Of a DNA stretch of 64,000 bases, positions 53,787-64,000 are shown piece by piece. A program made the position numbers and the translations under genes. The first letter of the stretch is position 1. Each line of letters opens with the position of its first letter. The DNA is from Amoebidium appalachense (Eukaryota; Protista; Ichthyosporea): contig CAVNZM010000009.1 in the NCBI GenBank assembly GCA_963693365.1, positions 6,195,045 to 6,259,044 on the forward strand. The letters run 5' to 3'. The notes under the pieces are model-generated. The model made no database searches and was not told the DNA's origin. It worked only from the letters and a program-made list of their open reading frames with translations.

Positions 53787-55359
53787 GAGAACGGATTTTT
53801 CGTACAGAGCACAAAACTCTGCAACTTTTCTGCTCTTTGCTACACTAAAATGAGAATCAAGGTGGTGTTTGTAAAAAACCTGGACAGATAGAACTCGTCC
53901 ACTCTCAGATCACACTTTCGCTTTAGTCTAAGCGTGTTGATTTGATCGCTGCAGCTGCTGTCCTTCAAAGTGCAAACTAGGTAAGGTTCTATTGTAAAAA
54001 CGTTCAAATATCTCTGTTTCCACACGTTTCCGTGTCACTTTCCTATACTTTTTTTTCTTCACTTCAACGGTTTTTTGCAAGTTTCGTCTTTCAGTTTGTA
54101 TTATGCCCACGCACCCAGTGCTTTCTTTTTGTAGTCGTGCCAATGGGTTACAATATGGTGTCACCCCAGAGCACTGGGCTCACGCAGACTTTTATTGGGG
54201 GGTTTGATCGAGCTTAAGCTCAAATTTCTGAAGAAGGCTTATATTTCTTTGAGATTCATTCAAGGCTCTGAGGGGTATGTCAAAAATAGACTGCTATAAA
54301 CATGAAACCAAAAACAAATATATATAATTTGGTACTTATTGTTGCATAACTATGCACTATTACTCATACAGAGACTGCGATCGATAGTTTAATAACTCAA
54401 TTTGCAAATATGGCTCACTAGAGATAACATTTTTGGAGTCTAGACAGCCATTAAAGAGACCCAATCAAGCACCCGAATAATGGCTTGCCAACATTCCCCC
54501 CAGCAAACAAAATCGACAGTTCGTTTCGTGATTTGACGTGAGCAGCAAAAAGCAGAGGTTTCGCTCAAAGATTCCCTGTATAGAAAGCGTTTTCTCAGAA
54601 ATTTCTTGAAAATATTCACATAAAATACTTAAGAAACGCTTTCAAAAAACAACCCAAGACTCGTAGAGTCGAGGCTGGAACAAGCAGGCTTGGGCTGCAG
54701 CTTTTTCACCCGGAACATTCCAGATCTAGCAGCCCAATATTGCCAGTGCACAGTTTCCTATCGATTTTTCCATGATATATATACCAAGTTCACTTCCCAC
54801 ATGTAGCAACATAAACTGTTTTTTTCAGGTTACTAAGTGCTTCGCCAAGGAAATCCAGGGTATAAACAAACTGTATTTATTATACACATGTTTACGAACT
54901 ATATAAGTTTGATTGAGTACTTGTAACTACTTATACACATAGCTGAAGGACTCCCGTGCTGAATAAAATAAACGCCGGTTACACTCGATTTTGCAAGCAC
55001 GTGGATATGCCGCTGCCGTTGATAGCGTTGATAGGAAACCCTGCACGGTAGCATACGGTCCAAGCCCGAAAATTCAGAAAATTTTGATGGTATTTTTTCA
55101 AGCCCCGATGTGTTTTGGGTTTCGGGTTATGGTATTTTTCGTACCATGTCATTTGGCGGGGCACTGTTTGCGCAATCTAACCTCGGGAGTTGGCTCCATA
55201 TCTTGCGGGCATGTCTTATGAGGGGCGTGCGCGTACGCGCAGATGTGTGTATGTGATGCGTCGTGTTTTATAATATATATATGTGCATATGTGTTTGTGT
55301 GGGTTGTCTCTCTCTCTCTCTCCTTCTCTCCATATATCTTCTCCTTCTCGCTCTCTCGC

Positions 55360-55451
<92 letters not shown>

Positions 55452-55485
55452 CTCTCTCTCCCCCCTCTCCCTCTCTCTCCCTCTC

Positions 55486-55604
<119 letters not shown>

Positions 55605-56961
55605 GTCTGTCTCTCGACTCTCTCTTTCTCTCGGCTCTCTCCCTCCCTTTAGCTCTCTGGAGCTCCCGGGCCCCAGCACAGGTCAATCTAACTTGAATAG
55701 ATGGTGACGCACGCAAAGTGGGACCCAACAACATTGATAAATAGCATCAGCATTCTCCAGCAATACTATGGCAGAAAGAAATAAATAATGGGCGTACACC
55801 CCTCCCATATTTATAAATAAAAAGGTGCACTACCAATAAATTTAGTAATAGTGTGTACCGATTGAAATTTCTGTTTGTCGGACTCGGGCCCTGGCCGATT
55901 CCATGGTGGTGGCCTACGATAGCCATATATGGTTATTAAGCATCGTAATGATTGGATTTAACATTTGCTGCTTCTGGCTTCCGGTTGGCCCCCTGAATGT
56001 ATCAGGAATTATCTCGAGATCAGGCTGCCTGCAGATGCATGCAGTTTGTGTTACAGTTGCCATGTAGTTGTGCATTGTACTGCTGACGTTAGGAGCAGAA
56101 ACACAGTAGGGCTTGTTGCAGTCGTGAAATGGGGCCCAAAATACCTGCGGGCCCCTCCCGGCCTCCTCCTGTTGCAAGTTCAACTGGTCAGGCAGACCGT
56201 AGATACAGGCAGCTGCAACCTTCACAACGCACTATAGGGGATTCCTTGCCCGTTTTTCTCGGAGGGAAAGTTAATAAACCCGAGAAAACGGGCATGACAA
56301 CACACCCACGCCCCTCATGTCAGGTATCCGACCAGGACAAGGAATCAGATTGCTCACCATCACGAATTAGGGTCATCCATAAACACCATTAGTTCAAATG
56401 ACGGAAACGAATCCAGCCCCTTAGCAAATCTAGAAGGGCCTTTTTCCCCTGCACGCACACACAGTGCAAGCAAATCACCCTCCGAGATTCACACCCCTAA
56501 TAGAGACCCACACACGACCGCCCACAGCCAAATCACCAACCCCCGCAATCACCCCGCCATCAGCCAAACCACCAACCCCCCAACGCAAATCCACACCCGC
56601 AGCCCAAACTCCGACCCCACCACGCAAATCCACACCGGTACCCACAGCCCAACCACCGACCCGTGTGTGTGTGTGTGTATGTGTTTGTTTGTGTGTGAGT
56701 GTGTGTGTGTGTGTGTGCAGTGTGCGTGCAGTGTATGTGTATGTGTGTGTGTGTGTGTGTGTGTGTACATGATGTGTGTGTGTGACGGTGTGTACATGTG
56801 TATGTGTGTTTGTCAGGGCTGATCAGTACGGGGGACGGGCGTGTACATGTGTGTGTGTATCATGATGTGTGTGTATGCCATGATGTTTGATACGGTGTGT
56901 GTCAGTGTGTGTGTACGGTGTGTGTCACAGTGTGTGTGTGTGTGTGTGTGTGTGTGTCTGT

Positions 56962-57025
<64 letters not shown>

Positions 57026-57979
57026 TATGTGTGTGTGCGTCACGGTCACAGTGTGTGTGTGTCACGTGTGTGTGTGTCACGTGTGTTTGTTTGTGTGTCA
57101 GAGTGTGTGTGTGTGTTTGTGTGTGTGTGTGTTTGTGTGTGTGCTTGTACGTGAGTGTGTGTGTGCATGTGTGTGTGTGTGTTAACGTGTGTACATATGT
57201 GTGTGTGTGTCAGTCAGTCACGGTGGGTGTGTGTTACAGTGTGTGGCGAGCGTGTCCGTGTGGTGTGTGTGGGTGGGTGGGTGGGTGTATGTGTGTGTGC
57301 TCTGTGTGTGTGTCACGTGTGTGTACTGGTATGGCAGTGTGTGACACGGTGTGTGCCGGTGTGTACGCTTGTACAACACTCTGTGTGTGTGCCACAGTGT
57401 TACTTCCGTGAGTATATACCACATGTGTGCCGTGTACATGTGTGTCTGTGTACGTGTGGGCCGGAGTACTAGCTGTGTGCGTGTCTGTGTACATGTGTGT
57501 GTGTGTGTGTACCACGGTGTGTGAAGGTGTGTGTGCGTGTGCGTGTGCGTGCGTGTGTGTGTGTGTGTGTGTGTCGTTGCCACACGCGCACGAGCGCACA
57601 CGTGCACGTGCACACACATCTTTTCACACACATGCACACAAACACACACGCGTGGACACACACACACACACCGCGCATACAAAAACAAACGGCACCGCAC
57701 ACAGGCACACACGCGCATGCGCACGCACGGGCACACACACACACACACACAAGTACACATGCGCACACATCGCGCGCGCATGCACACACACACACACACA
57801 CACAAACACACACATGTACACACACACACGCACACACACACACACACATGTACACACACACACGCACACACACACACACACATGTACACACACACACACA
57901 CACTGTCACACACACACACGCACACACACACACACAGTAACACACAGTACGCACACACACATACACACACGAACACACG

Positions 57980-58046
<67 letters not shown>

Positions 58047-58149
58047 CACACACAAACACACGCACACGCACACACACACACACATGTATACAGGCACGCA
58101 CACACATACACGGACGCACACATAGCACACACATCAGCAAACTTCCCGG

Positions 58150-59100
58150 AAGTATTGCCAACGTATTTTTTGCTATTGGCGCTATTGGCGATATTGGCAA
58201 TAGAACCCCTTGCCGCCAATAGGAACGCCATATTGCAATAATATTGCTTTGGTATTGTCAATGGTAATACAGTACCAATACCCTCTATTGTCGATATCCC
58301 GCTGATATGAATATATTATCCAGTATATGTTACATCAATATCGCCAATACATTAGAGTGCCATTACATTGCCATTGCATTACTATTGCGCTAGCATTATA
58401 GACGTATTGCCAATATCAATTATACCCGGGCGATATTACAATAACAACCAAATAATATCAAAAATACAGATAATGATATGGATAATACTGTATTTTCGCA
58501 TTGTAGTTGCACTATGAACGCATTATTAATGTATTGCCAATATGTAATTCATAGAAATACAAAGATTTAAATATCAAGAAACATATAAACAATGTATTGC
58601 CAACATATGATCCAACTATAATCAATATATAAATGCGGTATCGCCGATAGGTTGCTTATATATCGTGAGTATATTGATGACATAAACAGAGGTATGATTA
58701 ATACACTCCCAACACATTACAAATAAGAAATATGTAAGTATGTTCCATATCAAGCATATATTGCCAACATACGAATGATACCACCACCATAAAGATATAA
58801 GTGTTGATAATGCATTACATATATATTATAAATATCACACTATATTATCCAAATACATTGCCAATAAATTGATAATGGGAACGAATGCATGCAAAGTACA
58901 GTATAAGTGCGCTTATAATATGAAAGGCATATCGGAGTAACGTCTTATATCTAAGAATAATACATATGACGAACATTGCCAATGTATTAATAATAGCTTT
59001 ATTGATACCTCAATCACATGCTCAATATATTGGCAATATGCACACGGTACGGTAAGCACAGCCCCATGATCATTATCAATGAATTGCCAATGTATTGCAC
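58150..59100. repeat. AT-rich block with many dispersed ATTGCCAA/TTGGCAAT motifs
   Basis: More than 12 exact or near copies in both orientations, e.g. ~58152, 58192, 58405, 58532, 58595, 58760, 58857, 58975, 59029, 59083. Confidence 0.7.
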
Positions 59101-59651
59101 ATGTCGACATCCATACGTGTTCCGTATGGTCACTTTATTAACTTCGGTTGGATAGTGGCATCAAGCACACAAGTAAACACCAGTCGCGCCATGTCGGGCT
59201 CCCGATCACATCAAAACCATATGTGATCGGTGAACAAGCAGTATGATTCCTTAAAAATAGCAGTTAACTATCCAATAAGATCGCCACTCCGGGCTCATCA
59301 GATAAAATGCAACCAATCAAGATGCGTATTTTGCACATTCCTATTCTCTTAAATTTTAACACGCACAGGGCCATCGCGACCAGGCACAAAACACGACACG
59401 TGTTTCGTAAACGGCCGTGCGCCGCTGCATCCACACTCCACCACATTTACGCACAAGGGGCGGCATGCACACCATTGCATAGAGCCAAACGCTGGCAACA
59501 TGGCCGTGTTTGAGCCGTTGCCGTAGGACTAGTACAACACGAGTTATTAGTTTTGCGACATAGGCACCTTGTCAGGAAAAACGAAATTTACTAAAGCGTC
59601 AAAAACTCTAGAAAAACATAAGAATACCAATAGGCCGCACGAACTTCATGC

Positions 59652-60390
59652 TGTCTTCTTCCACCATGACGAGCAGCACCAACACCCTGCTCTAGTGTCC
59701 TCTACCATGCCGAGCAGCACCAACACCCTGCTCTAGTGTCTTCTACCATGCCGAGCAGCACCATCACCCTGCTCTAGTGTCTTCTACCATGCCGAGCAGC
59801 ACCATCACCCTGCTCTAGTGTCTTCTACCATGCCGAGCAACACCAACACCCTGCTCTAGTGTCTTCTACCATGCCGAGCAGCACCATCACCCTGCTCTAG
59901 TCTTCTACCATGCCGAGCAGCACCATCACCCTGCTCTAGTGTCTTCTACCATGCCGAGCAGCACCATCACCCTGCTCTAGTGTCTTCTACCATGCCGAGC
60001 AACACCAACACCCTGCTCTAGTGTCTTCTACCATGCCGAGCAGCACCATCACCCTGCTCTAGTCTTCTACCATGCCGAGCAGCACCAACACCCTGCTCTA
60101 GTGTCTTCTACCATGCCGAGCAGCACCAACACCCTGCTCTAGTGTCTTCTACCATGCCGAGCAGCACCAACACCCTGCTCTAGTGTCTTCTACCATGCCG
60201 AGCAGCACCAACACCCTGCTCTATTGTCTTCTACCATGCCGAGCAGCACCAACACCCTGCTCTAGTGTCTTCTACCATGCCGAGCAGCACCAACACCCTG
60301 CTCTAGTCTTCTACCATGCCGAGCAGCACCAACACACTGCTCTTCTTTCTTTCTTTTCCACCATGCAGAGCAGCACGAACACACTGCTTC
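59652..60390. repeat. 41-bp minisatellite (~17-18 copies)
   Basis: The unit tgtcttctaccatgccgagcagcaccaacaccctgctctag is arranged head-to-tail, with 39-bp variants near 59898, 60060 and 60303. No spacers. Confidence 0.95.
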
Positions 60391-60736
60391 GTCTTATTGT
60401 ATTGTTTCTAACTTTCCGAACATTTTTTCTTGCTTATACCCTTTTATTTTCCCCCGGGTCACTCCTGGCTAGGTGTTGGTTGAAGTGAGTTTGCTCAATC
60501 CCCACTAGCGTGACTGCGGCAACCCCGTGGGCTAAGAATTGCCAGAATATGTAGTGACAGTCGGGATTATGTATCCTGACTTATAGTTGCACTATGTAGA
60601 GAGCACATTCGTGTGTCTACTGTGGAAGACGTTAGCTCCCCTTAGGCAGTGCCTCCGGGAGTGAAACGGGATAAAATAAATAAAATAAATAAAAAAAATA
60701 AAACACAAGTAAACAACACAACTAATATACCACCCC

Positions 60737-61076
60737 AAGAGCAACACAGAAACGAAACACGGAAACAATAGCAGCCATAGGACAAAGAGCCCCAGACCCA
60801 CAGGGTCTTGCCTCCATACTTTATTTACCTTAACAGGACAAAGAGCCGGTACCCACCTATGGGTGCTAAACATGCACATGATCATTCATGTGCTATAAGA
60901 GCAACACAGAAACGAAACACGGAAACAACAGCAGCCATAGGACAAAGAGCCCCAGACCCACAGGGTCTTGCCTCCATACTTTATTTACCTTAACAGGACA
61001 AAGAGCCGGTACCCACCTATGAAACGAAAAACGGAAACAACAGCAGCCATAGGACAAAGAGCCGGTACCCACCTCT
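60737..61076. repeat. ~125-bp direct repeat at period 160, plus a partial third copy
   Basis: aagagcaacacagaaacgaaacacgg...ggtacccacctatg occurs at ~60737 and ~60897, with an internally deleted copy at ~61022-61076. Confidence 0.9.
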
Positions 61077-61182
61077 AGATGATAACGTAGCCTTATAGCT
61101 GCTGATGACTTCATGGGCCAACCTTGCCAAAACCTGTAAAGGAACTCGAGCTAAGAATTAGCTCATCCTACTTGCGAGAAGT

Positions 61183-61221
<39 letters not shown>

Positions 61222-61668
61222 GAGGGGGCTGACTGAGAGTGGCAAAAAAAGAGTCGACAGAACCAACCTCAAACATAGTAAGGACGGAAACCCGGACCAG
61301 AACTTATGAAGTCTAGAGAAGCAGAAAATAGCTTGAACGATCGGTGGAGGGGACGATAGCTATAGTGCTAACAGCAAAAGTAGTCCCCACAGTCGCTGGT
61401 TCATGAACGTGAAAGGCAACGTCACGGTGCATCTGCAGCCAGTAGACACACGCATACGCACGCACGCACACACACATACACACACACACACACAGACACA
61501 GACACAGACATAATCACAGGACGGACACAGACCAGACAGACAAACGCCATATGCACAAAAGCAGGCAACACAAAACTAACCTTCAAGAAGAAGCTGCAGC
61601 ATGCAGCATGGTCCAAAACAATCAGCGCGGTGGCTGCGCGATCTGCGGAGGGGATCTGTGACCAGGCG

Positions 61669-61762
61669 CTGCGGGAAGGGAACTGCGACCAGGCGACCTG
61701 CGGGAAGGGACCTGCGACCAGGCGACCTGCGGGAAAGGACCTGCGGACCTGCGGGAAGGGGG
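61669..61762. repeat. Short GC-rich ~29-bp tandem repeat
   Basis: ctgcgggaagggacctgcgaccaggcgac, about 3 copies. Confidence 0.75.
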
Positions 61763-62107
61763 AAGAGAAATGGAGAAAACAACGTGCGTACAGGCTTAAA
61801 TGGAGAAAAAATTGCAAACCGGATTGGGATTTAGCCAATCACTATTCGCCGCGCCTGATTAGGAAAAAGATAAAAATAGATTTCGGCTCGCGCGCGCGCG
61901 TGCATCAGCTTGGTGCCCTTAGCGCTACCCTTAGTGCCCTTAGTCACAACTATCAGACTATATTTACGTGTCCTCCACTTCTTTGTTCTTGACCATTTTT
62001 TCGGCATGAAAGGGTTTCTGTTACTTCTTGCTGTCCTTCTTAGCGTGCTTGCTTGTCTTTTTTTCAACATGGGTGTCACTGGCGCTTTCGACTTCTTTGA
62101 AATCACA

Positions 62108-62138
<31 letters not shown>

Positions 62139-62679
62139 GCGCGCGCGCGCGCACGCACACACACTCACACATGCACACTGCACACACACACACACACACA
62201 CACACAGGCGCGCACACACAGGCACGCACACACACAGGCGCACACCTACACAACACACACAGCACATGCACACACAAGCGCACACACGCACACACCCTGT
62301 TATCCCTGATCATGATGCCCCCTCCCCCCTCCCTCTTCCCCCCCGCGCACCCCCCCCCCCCCCCCCCCCCCCCACCCACCCCACCCACCCACCTACAAAG
62401 ACGAAAACATTGTACATGTATTGCATACACAAATATACTCGCACATATACATACACACATTCACTTTAATCTTTCAGGCTACATGTGCAATATACATTAA
62501 TTATGCACAGTCGATAGAATTCGTTGTGAAACCCCCCCCCCCCCCCCCCCCCCTCCCCCCCTCCTCGTTCCCCCCATATGCAATGGGGATAATATTGTTT
62601 CCCGCTATTAATTAAAAAATCACCGTTCTAACTTCCTAAGACCGAACCACTTGTAACACCGACAGTTTCGGTTGTGTGG

Positions 62680-62723
<44 letters not shown>

Positions 62724-62836
62724 CCCACCCACCACCTTACCAATATTGAGGTGTACACTGCCCCCACATCCCCAACTGTGTGCTGAATATCCCGTGCTAG
62801 GAAACCAATAACGTGAAAGTAACACATGCCGCATGT

Positions 62837-64000
62837 GGGTAGTTATTGAAAAAACCAATAATGTCTAGGTAACATACTATGTACATATACTATGCTACCA
62901 AGGGGGTTCTATACGAGCTACAACGTTGTGTTTTTTTCGTGTGACCCTCGTACTCCAGGGGCACATTCACCATCCCCCCCATAAACTTTGTGGTAAAGTT
63001 CTCGTGCTAGAAGCTGTTCTGTGGGTAGTTATTGAAAAAACGAATAATGTCTAGGTAACACATGTACATATGCTATGCTACAAGGGGGGTTCTATTCGAG
63101 CTACAATGTTGTGTTTTTTTTGTGTGACCCTCGTACTCCAGGGGCACATTCACCATCCCCCCCATAAACTTTGTGGCAAATCTCTCGTGCTAGAGGCTGT
63201 TCTGTGGGTAGTTATTGAAAAACCAATAATGTCTAGGTAACGTATGTACATATACTATGCTACAAGGGAGGTTCTATACGAGCTACAACGTTGTGTTTTT
63301 TTCGTGTGACCCTTGTACTCCAGGGGTACATTCACCATCCCCCCCATAAACTTTGTGGTAAATGTCTCGTGCTAGAAGCTGTTCTGTGGGTAGTTATTGA
63401 AAAAACCAATAATGTCTAGGTAACACATGGACATATACTATGCTACAAGGGGGTTCTATTCGAGCTACAATGTTGTGTTTTTTTCGTGTGACCCTCGTAC
63501 TCCAGGGGCCCATTATCCATCCCCCCCATAAACTGTGTGGTAAATTTCTCGTGCTAGAAGCTGTTCTGTGGGTAGTTATTGAAAAAACGAATAATGTCTA
63601 GGTAACATACTATGTACATATACTATGCTACAAGGGGGGTTCTATACGAGCTACAGCGTTGTGTTTTTTTCGTGTGACCCTCGTACTCCAGGGGCACATT
63701 CACCATCCCCCCCCATAAACTTTTTGGTAAATCTCTCGTGCTAGAGGCTGTTCTGTGGGTAGTTATTGAAAAACCAATAATGTCTAGGTAACATATGTAC
63801 ATATACTATGCTACAAGGGGGGTTCTATACGAGCTACAACGTTGTGTTTTTTTCGTGTGACCCTCGTACTCCAGGGGCACATTCACCATCCCCCCCATAA
63901 ACTGTGTGGTAAATGTCTCGTGCTAGAAGCTGTTCTGTGGGTAGTTATCGAAAAAACCAATAATGTGTAAGTAACACATGTACATATACTATGCTACAAG
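62837..64000. repeat. ~183-bp satellite array (at least 6.3 copies, runs off the window end)
   Basis: Unit starts (gggtagttat) at 62837, 63023, 63206, 63388, 63570, 63757 and 63939. A degenerate edge copy sits near 62755-62800. Confidence 0.97.

Noticed and set aside
59270-59305. Minus-strand CTGATGA-gcc-cggagt-ggc-GATC hammerhead-like core
   Set aside because: GAAA is replaced by GATC, and there is no stem III or cleavage triplet.
59652-60390. 41-bp repeat as a CRISPR array
   Set aside because: The units are head-to-tail with no unique spacers, there are no cas genes, and the context is eukaryotic.
60455-60703. Fanzor/TnpB omega-RNA interpretation of the hairpin cluster
   Set aside because: There is no TnpB/RuvC-like ORF or transposon end anywhere in the window, and the A-rich tail fits a retroelement 3' end better.
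61831-62105. Lys-rich minus-strand ORF segment as a histone H1-like or viral basic protein
   Set aside because: It is short, has no recognisable domain, and has no supported splice or start context.

Overview
Eukaryotic genomic DNA with spliceosomal introns that are packed with (CA)n/(GT)n, (GA)n, (TTTC)n and poly-C/poly-G tracts. Almost all ORFs in the supplied track are microsatellite artefacts. The domain repertoire (Ca-EGF plus PAN, syntenin-like tandem PDZ) suggests a unicellular holozoan, but that is inference only. Manual splicing gives seven gene models: a class I sirtuin (+, 2104-7952); an EGF/PAN secreted-protein gene broken by a 4-bp duplication (-, ~11.8-18.7 kb); a mitochondrial DnaJ (+, 22308-33431); a strongly divergent, intron-containing histone H4 variant with an open 93-codon N-terminal extension (-, 36333-37523); two tandem paralogous ~105-aa orphan genes with E2F/CCAAT-like promoters (-, 38.6-42.6 kb and 47.2-48.5 kb); and a syntenin-like PDZ gene (-, 52356-53786). 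A ~400-nt highly self-complementary repeat family occurs at five or more loci. It is always sense to the host or adjacent gene, twice starts just after a 5' splice site, and once forms three 442-bp tandem units that each look like a complete intron. The window also holds a MITE and a probable LINE 3' remnant. After ~54 kb no gene could be supported, and the sequence passes through a motif cluster and 41-bp and 160-bp repeats into a ~183-bp satellite that runs off the window end.
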